From NCBI GenBank assembly GCA_051530055.1, contig CM121341.1, positions 5,186,784 through 5,250,783 on the forward strand: a DNA stretch of 64,000 nt, given 5' to 3'. This document shows, piece by piece, positions 1 to 11,896 of the stretch. The notes beneath the pieces were generated by a model, which saw only the letters and a program-made list of their open reading frames with translations, was not told where the DNA came from and did not search any database. Source of the stretch: Neoechinorhynchus agilis (lineage: Eukaryota > Animalia > Acanthocephala). Numbering within the stretch: position 1 is the first letter of the stretch; each line of letters opens with the position of its first letter. The position numbers and the translations under genes were made by a program.

Positions 1-2106
1 TTTATTGGTGAGCTTCCGAGATATTCTCTTCATTCGAGAGGCACGAGAACTTTGAAATGAATCGGAGGCAAGAACTTTTAAGTGCGTTCTTCAGAGTGTA
101 TTTTAAAAGGTCTTGCAACCAAAAGTTCTGGTTCAACTTAAAGTTCTCAGGCCTCTCGATTGAAAAGCGATTTAATTTTATTGGTGAGCTTCCGAGATAT
201 TCTCTTCATTCGAGAGGCACGAGAACTTTGAAATGAATCGGAGGCAAGAACTTTTAAGTGCGTTCTTCAGAGTGTATTTTAAAAGGTCTTGCAACCAAAA
301 GTTCTGGTTCAACTTAAAGTTCTCAGGCCTCTCGATTAAAATGCGATTTAATTTTATTGGTGAGCTTCCGAGATATTCTCTTCATTCGAGCGGCACGAGA
401 ACTTTGAGGTGGAATTGTAAGACATTACGGAACAAAGATCTTTTAAGTGCGTTCTTCACATTGTATTTTAAAAGATCTTGCAACCAAAAGTCTTGGTTCA
501 ACCTAAAGTTCTCAGGCCTCTCGATTGAAAAGCGATTTAATTTTATTGGTGGATTTCCGAGATATTCTCTTCATTCGAGAGGCACGAGAACTTTGAAATG
601 AATCGGAGGCAAGAACTTTTAAGTGCGTTCTTCAGAGTGTATTTTAAAAGGTCTTGCAACCAAAAGTTCTGGTTCAACTTAAAGTTCTCAGGCCTCTCGA
701 TTGAAAAGCGATTTAATTTTATTGGTGAGCTTCCGAGATATTCTCTTCATTCGAGAGGCACGAGAACTTTGAGGTGGAATTGTAAGACATTACGGAACAA
801 AGATCTTTTAAGTGCGTTCTTCACATTGTATTTTAAAAGATCTTGCAACCAAAAGTCTTGGTTCAACCTAAAGTTCTCAGGCCTCTCGATTGAAAAGCGA
901 TTTAATTTTATTGGTGGGTTTCCGAGATATTCTCTTCATTCGAGAGGCACGAGAACTTTGAAATGAATCGGAGGCAAGAACTTTTAAGTGCGTTCTTCAG
1001 AGTGTATTTTAAAAGGTCTTGCAACCAAAAGTCTTGGTTCAACCTAAAGTTCTCAGGCCTCTCGATTGAAAAGCGATTTAATTTTATTGGTGAGCTTCCG
1101 AGATATTCTCTTCATTCGAGAGGCACGAGAACTTTGAAATGAATCGGAGGCAAGAACTTTTAAGTGCGTTCTTCAGAGTGTATTTTAAAAGATCTTGCAA
1201 CCAAAAGTCTTGGTTCAACCTAAAGTTCTCAGGCCTCTCGATTGAAAAGCGATTTAATTTTATTGGTGGGTTTCCGAGATATTCTCTTCATTCGAGAGGC
1301 ACGAGAACTTTGAAATGAATCGGAGGCAAGAATTTAAGTGCGTTCTTCAGAGTGTATTTTAAAAGGTCTTGCAACCAAAAGTCTTGGTTCAACCTAAAGT
1401 TCTCAGGCCTCTCGATTGAAAAGCGATTTAATTTTATTGGTGAGCTTCCGAGATATTCTCTTCATTCGAGAGGCACGAGAACTTTGAAATGAATCGGAGG
1501 CAAGAACTTTTAAGTGCGTTCTTCACATTGTATTTTAAAAGGTCTTGCAACCAAAAGTCTTGGTCCAACCTAAAGTTCTCAGGCATCTCGATTGAAAAGC
1601 GATTTAATTTTATTGGTGAGCTTCCGAGATATTCTCTTCATTCGAGAGGCACGAGAACTTTGAAATGAATCGGAGGCAAGAACTTTTAAGTGCGTTCTTC
1701 AGAGTGCATTTTAAAAGATCTTGCAACCAAAAGTCTTGGTTCAACCTAAAGTTCTCAGGCCTCTCGATTGAAAAGCGATTTAATTTTATTGGTGGATTTC
1801 CGAGATATTCTCTTCATTCGAGAGGCACGAGAACTTTGAAATGAATCGGAGGCAAGAACTTTTAAGTGCGTTCTTCAGAGTGTATTTTAAAAGGTCTTGC
1901 AACCAAAAGTCTTGGTCCAACCTAAAGTTCTCAGGCATCTCGATTGAAAAGCGATTTAATTTTATTGGTGAGCTTCCGAGATATTCTCTTCATTCGAGAG
2001 GCACGAGAACTTTGAGGTGGAATTGTAAGACATTACGGAACAAAGATCTTTTAAGTGCGTTCTTCACATTGTATTTTAAAAAGCCTTGGTCTCTCGATTG
2101 AAAAGT
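1..2106. repeat. Tandem satellite, about 12 units of 176 bp (type A) with three 189-bp variants (type B); runs off the left edge
   Basis: tttattggtgagcttccgag recurs every 176 bp. Units 3, 5 and 12 carry gaggtggaattgtaagacattacggaacaaagatc in place of gaaatgaatcggaggcaagaac (+13 bp), giving a local 365-bp dimer. Confidence 0.95.
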
Positions 2107-2611
2107 TATTTAGGTTTCTTAATGGATTTTTGGGATATTCTACTCTTTTTTTCTCGCACTTTTTAGCACATTCTTCTCTGGATTAATGGTTTGTAAACGC
2201 CACTTGAATACAAACTTTCGATTCGAAATTAAACACTCGAACTTTTTAAACTATAAAGTTACATTTGTATGACTGCCAATTAATGTTGAGCCATAATTTG
2301 TGCTCTCAATCGAATGATTCATGAGATATATCCTCCCAATCTGAATTGTTTTTGTTTGCACCTTAGGAATTATCTTTATAGGAGATATGTGCCCTCAATA
2401 GAATGTCCGTTGAAGTTAATTAGCGGTGATTACAAGAACTAGGAATTTTCCGGCCATATTTTCTTTTAATCTTGCCATTAATTTACAAAAATGAGATTAA
2501 ATTATTGATTTCTGCTAAAACAATAATGCCATTTAAAGGTTATATCGTTTTCCACCTTCACACATCGAGAGTTCTATGAAAATAAGCGTTTCATTTTCCC
2601 ATTTTTTAGAT

Positions 2612-4644
2612 ATGAAACGACCGCGACAGACCGACTGCAAATACGGCGTTGATTGCTATCGAACGAATCCCAATCACCTCGCTCGTTATTCACACCCCAC
2701 CCAAGTTTCAAAACGACCACAACGTCAAAATCATTTTGGTTTACACTACTCCAAAGTGGATGACCTTGGACCGGCCTGTAACACAAACGCAATGTCTTTG
2801 CAAGATATTCTGAACGATTGTCATGAGATACCGATGAAGATATGGTTTTTTAATTACATGATCGATGTTCCTTGGGTCTGCGAACAGTTGCCATCTAAAA
2901 CCGACGACGGGTACTTTTTGAGCAAGTAAATCATGAACTCAACCACATAAATTAGGAAACCGGAACTGGTATTTGTCCATGATGTTAGACATCTTGAAAA
3001 CAATGAGTATACAAACGAGTACAAATGTGAATATATTCCGGTATTGGTTGCATGGAACACAGCGGTCGTAATCTAATTCCGTTTATAGGCCCGAATGGTA
3101 GACCAATATGGAGTCCATCACTCAAAGATGATTGTCTTACGGTACGAGAGGACTGTACGGATCGTTATTTTGACAGCTAATTTCATTGAGTTCGATTGGG
3201 ATGACAAAACTCAAATGTACACTTATAAATAGGGCCAGTCTTCTTTTAACAATTGATTTAGGATCTGGAAAAGTGATTACCTTTCATTTGATGATACTAA
3301 GGAGATGGTTGACTCCAATACGAAATTCGGCGAAGATATGATTGATTGGAGCAAAAGTCGTTGTGTTTTTTTGAAGTTTAAGATGTACCAGGAATCTACA
3401 AGCTTTTCGATTTGATTTCTCGTGTGTCCTTTATTATCCACTGACTGCCCATCGTTACTTGAAGCACGTAAATTTAGAATTAAAATGTAAACAATGAATA
3501 ATTTCTATACGATTAAGGGCATTTATTCGAGAGTTTCTTCACATATGCAATAACGATTTTTTTATTAACTGTTTCATGCTAATAATTCATCTCAGCGACT
3601 TTTGTTTTATTTGAAAAGCTACCGCAAATTGGACGATTTGATAGGCTTACTTAAGCACTGCGATTTCTCATCAATTCGTGTATATCTCGTTGCGTCTGTT
3701 CCAGGAAGAGTGTATGAAAAACCAGGGTTCAATTGGAATCGATATGGGCTACGAAGAATGAAATCGGTACGCAAAAGATGAAGAAACCTAATGTCAAATT
3801 GCTTCGTTTAGTTGTTATCAGAAGTTGAATTATGCTCCAGGGATCGACTTATTGCTCAATTCTCGTCCATTGGATCATTGGGGAAGTATGAAGATGGGTG
3901 GTTATTATCTCAGTTTGCCGCATCTTTATGGGGTGGACGTTCAAATGAAATTTGCCGTGAAAAGCTTGATCTTGTACGATTTCAATTTTTTTGTGGTTGT
4001 TTAATTTTGACTGATATAGGTTTTCCCTACCGTAAACGACATAAGACGATCTTTGAGGGGATTATCAAGTGGACAGTGCGTTTGTTACACTAACGAATCT
4101 CACAAAAAGCAAATGTATTTGAACTACTATTTTAGGTAGATGAAATGTTTTGCTCTTTTTAATCAAATATTTTCGTATTAACGTTCGTCAAAGGAGCTGG
4201 CGAGCTGATCGGCAAGGTCGAACCCGTGCCACACCTCACTGCAAATCTTACCTGGTCGCTACCATTGAGGATAAAAGTACAAAATTAAAGTGGTTTCTTA
4301 TGACGAGCGCCAATTTGTCCAAATCTGCTTGGGGAACACATGAGAAGAACGAAAAGCAATTCTTTATTCGGTCATATGAATTGGGAGTACTATTTCTCCC
4401 AAGGCAATATGTAAGTTTTTAAAGTGAAATCAAACGAATCTAAGCTAAACGATCACATACATATAGAACCTCGAGTGTTTTGATCTGGATATGTTTCCGG
4501 TTCCATTCGATATACCGTGCAAAAAATATGAACCATCAGGTACTTGGGTTTTTGTGACCTATTCTCATTTAGCAGTGAGTACTTTTAGATGAAGTTTGGA
4601 GATGGGATATTGAACTCGCGGAGGAACGTGATACAACGCTTTGA
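2612..4644 (+). CDS. TDP1: Tyrosyl-DNA phosphodiesterase 1 with N-terminal PBZ (zf-CCHH) finger, multi-exon
   Basis: [21 protein letters not shown] (PBZ); first HKN motif [19 protein letters not shown]; LVASVPG; second motif [23 protein letters not shown]; IRSYELGVL; PVPFDIP..Y..D.VWRWD. Short GT-AG introns; one internal junction near 3350-3595 is uncertain. Confidence 0.93.
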
Positions 4645-5538
4645 TTTTTGCGAAGGACCAATAAAGACCTCAATTTTCACCTTCAGAATCTTTGAAAGGA
4701 GCAGAAATTCCTTGTTTAAACCAAAAACCTCACTATGGCATAATGCGGGTTTTTTTATCAAGGATCCACTGGAATTTTATTGCGGTAAGCCGCATTTTTA
4801 TCTCGAATCCTCTTAAAAAATTGTCCCATTTGATATGGCCTTTTCTTCTTAAAAACACATCCATTTTTTAGCATATTTGTCGCTCAGCCGGTCTCATTGA
4901 TGTATATTTGATCATTTGTTGGATCGTCAGCTGATTTTCTCTTTTTATTTTTTATATGAATTATTTTAGTGTTTTCGGCGGTCGAATTTTTTGAACATGA
5001 TCTGCGCTAAAAGCCATCTTCAAAGCTCACTGGTTTGTCCTGTTTCCTGGACTAAGGCTAGCTGCATCGTGAAATAAGTTTACAAAATCAATCTTATAAA
5101 TGCAATATTCCAGATATTTCGATAACTTTAATGAAATTAGATTTTAAAAATTGTTAGTTCAATTAATTTCACGAGTGTTAGAAGACCGATCTTAATTTTT
5201 AGTGCAATCAATCGACGTAAGTAGATGAAATGTCATGATGCGCAAAAATGTCCGTTATGATTTATCGTAATTTTAATTGCTTTATCAATGATTGATTCTA
5301 AACACAGAGTCATTAATGAGAAGAACCGAAGAATTTTATGATTTTCTTAATGAAAGTCAATTACTAGGTACTAACGTTGTCATAATCTGATTGCAGCAGG
5401 CGAGTCATTTAGGCCATTATCTCTATTTTCGCTAGTAAGAAATCCTTCACGGACCACAGAGTAATGTTTTAAGGTGTAGACGAAAAGAATATATCTATTC
5501 TAGAAGGTACAAGATGTAGAAAACAACTCTATTTGAAG

Positions 5539-6510
5539 TTAATTGGCAGCTGCTGTCGATTCTTGTTCTTCACAAAACTTTCTAATGATCGAGGTATGGC
5601 ACATTTCGACTAAAGTATCAAGATATTCCTCCCTGCCCGGCGCAAGCAATAATGTTAACAACCATTGCGTCTCCCTCTGGTCGGCCGAAATAATTTGGAA
5701 TATACCCCTGAGGTTCCGTGTAGCCCATTCACAATTCCTAGATCATACCTCCAAATCCATGACCGATTCGGATAAATTTTCTCAGGTCTGGGCCACTGAA
5801 AAGTTATACATTAACGACAATCTCGAAGTCTTAAGTATTTGGACCATCGAATCATTTTGGATGGATGCCAAGTTAACAAAGTCATACACTTCTGATCAAA
5901 TTGTAAGGAATGCTAGTCGAATAATTGGAGGAAATCACAATCATCTTCTTAAACGAAGAAAGAAAAAATCGAGATTTTCTTTACTTAGTTCATGTGGATG
6001 CAGTCCCCGTGGTTGCAATCTATTCGAATAAAACCTACATCAATTGTTGACACTTTTTTCCAATTGATTTTTTTAATTTTTAGAGATATTAATCGAGTAT
6101 TTGCCAGCACTGAGAACAATTATACATTTCTCAGTTGACTTATGATTTTAAAAGTTCGACTAAAAACATTTTACATGTAATAAACCTAACTTTGTAACAT
6201 TTACATAATCCTAAAGCAAATCGAATCATAAAGTTCACTGAAAGGTCACGAAATTCGTAATATGACCAATCGATCAAATATTGAAGACTGCATTGTTGAC
6301 AAGCGACCTAAATAACAAAATAAAATTAAATAGTTTATAATCGAACCAATGAGAAATTAGTGTGTTTTGAGCTGAAATACTAAAGTTTATAAAACGTAAG
6401 CGGTACTGTCCAATCTTCTCTCGGGTATCATAATTTGAAATGAGCCTAATGAAATAGTCATAAATTCCCACAAACTCAATCCACGAGTCCCACCGGATAA
6501 ACTAATTGAT
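5539..6510 (-). CDS. Unidentified multi-exon protein-coding gene candidate
   Basis: Minus-strand exon-like blocks flanked by AG/GT: FIRWDSWIEFVGIYDYFIRLISNYDTREKIG, and WPRPEKIYPNRSWIWR spliced to GIFQIISADQRETQWLLTLLLAPGREEYLDTLVEMCHTSIIRKFCEEQ..*. The full exon chain was not resolved. Confidence 0.35.
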
Positions 6511-6534
6511 AATGTTTCTTTTAAATTGTAGATC

Positions 6535-6572
6535 TGACTGAAGAAGGCCAACGAAAAGGCCGAAAATTTTCA
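6535..6572 (+). ncRNA. Minimal type I hammerhead ribozyme motif, Penelope-like (family A)
   Basis: tga-CTGAAGA-a-GGCC(aacgaaaa)GGCC-GAAA-att-t-tca: intact core, extra A after A9, 4-bp stem II, palindromic AATT stem III, 3-bp stem I. Confidence 0.6.
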
Positions 6573-7052
6573 ATATAAATCTATTTCTGAGTGAATATCG
6601 CTAATTGAAATTGAAAAAACAAACTTCCCCCGATCTCACCAAATCCATTGTAATATTGTTTATCGTTCAAATAACGATTACCCTGTTTTCATCGAGAGCA
6701 ATGCCACAAAACAAAAATAAACGTGTTAAAAAACTTGCACCTCGCGAAATGTTTTGAATAAATAAAATATGTACTGACCGGGATAATTCTCACCGAAAGT
6801 GTAATTTTATTATCCCGAAGGACTTTCTATCGATGGTTATTATTGTATTATTAAATTGATAGAATTTAAGTCTTCGTTAGTTGGTCGTACAAAATGGTTC
6901 ATTTCAAAGTGGTTTTCATAAAATAACTCATAAATTTAAATTTTTTTTCTAGATGAAACGTTGGTCTACACTCACTTCCTTTTATGACTCATGGTTTTTT
7001 TCCGTCTTAAACGTCAAAACAAGTTCTATGTTCAACTTCTGTTGAAGTAAAA

Positions 7053-7739
7053 ATGTATTACTCTCCTCAGACACTTAACACAGACAAGTTATTTCTCTCA
7101 GCATGCTGTCCATACCTAATAACTTTGATTGGAGGAGCATTATTTATAGGCGGCATGATGAGCAATAACTTCTTTGCCATTCAATCGGAACTTAACTGTC
7201 AATATATGACTGATCATATCGGACTAATTCAAGGATGTTCTACCGAACCAGCAGTCAATGCAACGCAAGATAGACGAACACAGTCGTATTGCTTCAACCA
7301 TGCAAATCTAAATTCAAGTACTAGAGCAGTTCTGGGTCTTTTTGGAACCTGGCTAGCATTATTTGCGCTTTATTCTCTCCTACAACTATCCGCAGCTTGT
7401 CTGCACCTAGCTTTTAAGCCACACGTAGCCCGAAGGTTGAGCAGTTTGGCATTAGGAGTACTTGCGTTAAGTACCATCTTCATGATCGTCTCTTTCACAA
7501 CGTACGTTATTTTGATGAAGAGAAACAAGATACAGAACCAAGGATTCTGTCAATATGGTCCAGGATTCGCCGTGGCACTCGCAGGACTCATAGTGAGTCT
7601 TCTTGGTGCTCTCGCCGTTCTTATTCTACTGTTCCTTGCAAAACGAAGCCCGGGAACCGCTGTTAACACAAAGTCTCCTAGGTACGTTTTTGGACCGTAT
7701 TATTCGAACAGACTTTCAGGCGAAAGACGACGAAAATGA
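7053..7739 (+). CDS. Claudin/PMP22-superfamily four-TM membrane protein, intronless
   Basis: Four hydrophobic segments; HIGLIQGC plus a second Cys in the first loop; YGPGFAVALAG before TM4; basic C-terminal tail. Confidence 0.7.
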   Translation: MYYSPQTLNTDKLFLSACCPYLITLIGGALFIGGMMSNNFFAIQSELNCQYMTDHIGLIQGCSTEPAVNATQDRRTQSYCFNHANLNSSTRAVLGLFGTWLALFALYSLLQLSAACLHLAFKPHVARRLSSLALGVLALSTIFMIVSFTTYVILMKRNKIQNQGFCQYGPGFAVALAGLIVSLLGALAVLILLFLAKRSPGTAVNTKSPRYVFGPYYSNRLSGERRRK

Positions 7740-7994
7740 CTAACAGAAATGGATTAAATTGGTCAATAAAGCTTAAAGGGAACACAACCTCCACACCATT
7801 GGAGTGCTTTTTTTCGGAGGTCAAGTATTCAATTTAGGTCTAGGACTATTGCGAATTAAAGTGCCTCAGAATTACATATTTAATCAGGATTTACTCGTTA
7901 ATGAATTCAGTTTTCGTCTAAATCATTTAAAAAAATCCAAATTTAACAAATTTTCTTAGTTTTGCCACGCTTTCCCCGATATCTCACTTCTCAA

Positions 7995-8425
7995 ATAATC
8001 TCGACATTTCCCCCGTGGTTTCTCATCTAAAACACGAACATTAGCGTTATCCTGTGGACTTAAAAAAACTGTTTCTGGACTCATCGTCCATTAGAACCTC
8101 AGTTAAGCTGATCAGCCTATTTCGATGGCTTCCATTATCAAACGATTTCGTAAATATGGTTGTACGCTATCAAAATCAAATTGATGTCCACAGTTCACCG
8201 AATGATTTGATGAAGCTTAGGAATTCTTTTAGATTAATTTACAATCGCTGAAGAAGATCCGAGATAGTGGATCGAAATATCCAATAAATTCTTAATTTCA
8301 TTTATTTTCTCCTATCGACAAATAACAATGAATTATCTTTTCAACAAAAGCTTAGGAATGCTGAGTCCCTGTTTGGTATCTCCCACATATTTGGCTGGGC
8401 AGTCTTTTGCAGTTGCTGATATTTG
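7995..8425. mobile_element. Penelope-like element relic: 3' end with hammerhead (+) and inverted GIY-YIG fragment (-)
   Basis: Minus 8350-8423 reads, with one frameshift, YQ.NCKDCPAKYVGDTKQGLSI, like the PLE GIY-YIG motif C..C...Y.G.T...L..R. A hammerhead lies at 8243-8285, right after a short plus ORF ending LRNSFRLIYNR*. Confidence 0.55.
8243..8285 (+). ncRNA. Minimal type I hammerhead ribozyme motif (family B)
   Basis: aatcg-CTGAAGA-a-GATCC(gagatagt)GGATC-GAAA-tat-C-caat: perfect 5-bp stem II, palindromic ATAT stem III, AUC cleavage triplet, stem I with one mismatch. Confidence 0.7.
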
Positions 8426-8954
8426 AAAAAAAAGCTCACAACTCGCTTTCTAAAGATTTTTCAGTTTTAATGAACCATTTTTAATTTGGTGCTCGAATTG
8501 ATTAGCTGAAATAGCGCGATTTCTCAATCCGATGTCTCTAATCATTTTAAAGTTTAAAGGAGAAACAATTGCGTACTACGTCTTACCCAAAAAATGCTTA
8601 AATATTTGAAGTTTTGCGTTGATTCTCATTCGCCGGCTTAATTTTTATGCAATTATAAAATGGGCGAATAAGATCGACGGAAATCTTTGGCCAATGTCAT
8701 TAAATACAACAAAGTATCGAAAGAAAATTCTTCGGTAAAATCGCATGAAAGGGTCTTTTATCGCTATTTCGTTTGATTGTTAAGCCGATGATTTTTCCAT
8801 TCGGATATTCATTGGTGGAAACTTTTTATTTGCGAACCAGTTCGCCATCTTTTTCGAATTTTTAATGCTAAAACAACTATTTTCAAAATACTTTTTTTCA
8901 GTAAAGTTGCTAATTTAAATACGTTTATTTTTAGCAATATTACCCGCGTTATAG

Positions 8955-11752
8955 ATGAATGTTCCTCGGCTTTTGTTTCGGCACTTCAAACGTCGGTACA
9001 ACTCTTGCCCAATATTCCAAGTAGCCATTATCGGAGGCGGTCATGCCGGATGCGAGGCAGCATTGGCATCAGTCAGACTCGGAGTCAAAACTATTATTGT
9101 ATCTTCGAAATTCGATTCAATAGGTAAGTCAATTCGGTTCTAATAAATGGTGCTGTTAAATCTTGGTTTGGAATGGTCCACGTAGCGTTCGATTCTTGGA
9201 TTGAGTTTTTATAGATTCTAAAGCACACTTTATACAATTAAAAATAACTGTATTTAAAAACCGTTTTTCTTCGGTACTGTAAAAATTAATCTTATTTTCA
9301 ATGATTATTAAAACGTAGAATACCTTCCGGGACTGCGAATGCCTAATAAATACGTTCCCATAATTTGTTTGGAAAAAATGAGCTTAATATCACAAAAACA
9401 TAACTTTAAACTGCAATGCTTAGGTGAAATGTCATGCAATCCATCATTCGGTGGAGTTGGAAAAGGTCATCTGATGCTTGAGGTGGATGCTTTGGATGGA
9501 GCTTGTGCTCGACTGAGTGGTAAATCCGTCCTCGCAGTTTCATTTTGCTGATTTTACTCGTTGAAGACCAATCGGGCATCCATTACAAGGTTTTGAATTC
9601 CTCAAAGGGACCTGCGGTCTGGGGATTGAGAGCACAGATTGATCGCTCAATCTATAAGTTACTCATGCAGAGAGAAATCACGCAGGCTTGTAATGATCAA
9701 TTGACTTTTATGGAAGGAAAAGTGGATAATATACGAATTTCTTGTGCAGAGAAACCTCTCCATAAACTCTATTTGGACGACGGACGCGTATTTAAGTGCA
9801 AATGCGTGGTTCTTTGCACCGGAACTTTCCTCGGCGGTGAGATTTATATTGGAAAGCAGTTGGTGAAGAAGACTGGAAGATTGGGAAACGATGAAACTGA
9901 TTCTGGGCTGAGTAAAATATTCAAAGGTGACTCCAGGTTTAAAGTTGGTAGACTGAAGACAGGTTTGGGATTCGATCTGTGAGTTGCCATTTAGTCATAA
10001 CAATAGGGACCCCTATGCGACTAATGAAGTGTTCAATTGATTTCAGCGAGGCAGAGGAGCACTTGCCAGATCAAGTGTCCTTCCCGTTTTCATTTCTGAG
10101 TTCATCGGTATGGATAAAGGTAAAGAATTTCCGAAAATCAGTATCAGCTGTGCTGACTTTATTTTAGCCTGAAGATCAGCTGAGTTGTTATCGATTGGAA
10201 ACGACAAATGAGACGGCCGAAATTGTCCTTAGATCTATGGAATCGAGCAGGAATGTTCAAAATGATTTGACTGGACCCAGGTACGTTCCGCAATAAGTTC
10301 AAATAAGACTGACGTTGTAGGTATTGTCCATCTTTGGAGACCAAAATTGTTCGATTTAAAAAGAATCGACATCCCGTCTGGTTAGAACCCGAAGGTACCT
10401 TTGTGCTTTAATCGCCGTAAATAAGATGACCTCTTCCGTTTTAAGGATTAGATTCCGAATTGATATATCCGCAAGGTTTATCCTGTTCGCTACCTCTGGG
10501 ATCACAAGAAGAAATTCTGCGAACGATCCCGGCTCTTCGAAAGGCAAAAATCACACAGCCAGCGTATAGAGTAGAATATGAATTCGTTGATCCGCGATGT
10601 CTCCATCGCACACTTGAAACAAAGTACATCGAAGGCCTTTTCCTTGCCGGACAAATAAACGGAACTACTGGATATGAAGAAGCGGCCGTGCAGGTTTTAT
10701 TTCGTTTTTGAATATTAATCTGGATCAATAACGATTAGTAGGGCATAATTGCCGGGATAAATGCTGCATTGAAAGTTTTAGGACGTGAGGCGTTTTTGAT
10801 GGACCGGGAAATGGGTTATGAAATGATTAATGTCGATTTTCAGGGAACTGATCTTCACGCGACAGTCATCATTTTAATATGCAGGAGTAATGATTGATGA
10901 TATTGTACGATCTGGCACTATCGAGCCATACCGAATGTTCTCATCCCGGTCTGAGTATCGAATAACTCAACGACCGGATAATGCAGATATGCGTCTCACA
11001 GAAATCGGTAAGCTTTTTATGGAAGTGGAAATACATAATTTTTACCACAGGTCACCGAATCGGAGTCGTTAAAAACAACCGATACAATCAATATTGTCGA
11101 ATGAAAAATGAATTTGAAAGTATTCGTGATGTTTTCCAAAAGGATGTCACAATTGACAATGCTGCAAAATTAGCCGAGTTAGGAATCCAATTATCAGCCA
11201 GCAGTGTTCGGTAGGCACTTATTAATGATTTTATCTTTTCAACGATGTCCATTAATCAGAGCACTTCGACTCTTACGCTTCAATATCGCATAGTGGTCGT
11301 CATAAAAGATTTTTGATCTTATGTCATTTGACAATCACTACAAATAACGCCTGACGATCTATTAAGTCTGATCTCAGATTCATCAATTAAGGCACTTGTT
11401 CCCACTTTAAAAGAAGATATTCGCTTATGGACACGTCTGCGATCCGAAGGTCAGTTTTGGTGAAGTTTCAGTAAAAGAAATAGAGCTTATTTAAAATATA
11501 GCCATATACGAATCGGAGCTGAAGAGACAACAGGATGAAATAGCAATTATTAAAAAGCAGCGGTCCCAAGAATTTCCACTGGATTTTGATTTTAACACGC
11601 TATCAATATCTAACGAATCGTTAGAGATTTTAAATATGCATCGACCTCGTTCACTTGGTGAAGCGATTGATCTTCCAGGAATGGATGCTTCTACAATTAT
11701 TCAAATTTTTTATGCTTCACGTCGTGAGCTGAAGAAAGGTCGAATTCAATAG
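8955..11752 (+). CDS. MTO1: Mitochondrial tRNA modification enzyme MTO1/GidA (MnmG family), multi-exon
   Basis: [12 protein letters not shown]; [17 protein letters not shown]; [14 protein letters not shown]; GRLKTGTP; [11 protein letters not shown]; WLEPEG; [16 protein letters not shown]; [13 protein letters not shown]; C-terminal RPRSLGEA. Exons join in frame via GT-AG introns. Confidence 0.96.
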
Positions 11753-11896
11753 ATAAATTGTTTACGAGGTTTATTATGACAGTTATATGCAATTTCTGTG
11801 CTCCTTTTAAAAAGAAAATTGGAGGTTGATAGAAATTAGGTCGCATTTAAACGTGAGAAGATTTTTCATGCAATAATTTTTATCAAATGCTATCTT

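Noticed and set aside
233-2101. Repeated 122-aa and 86-aa ORFs in the satellite
   Set aside because: The unit length of 176 is not a multiple of 3. The ORFs exist only where the 189-bp variant bridges two units, and they have no protein-like features.
1-2106. Satellite as a CRISPR array or hammerhead array (CTGAAGA on the minus strand)
   Set aside because: There are no unique spacers and the context is eukaryotic. The CTGAAGA is not followed by a stem II and GAAA.
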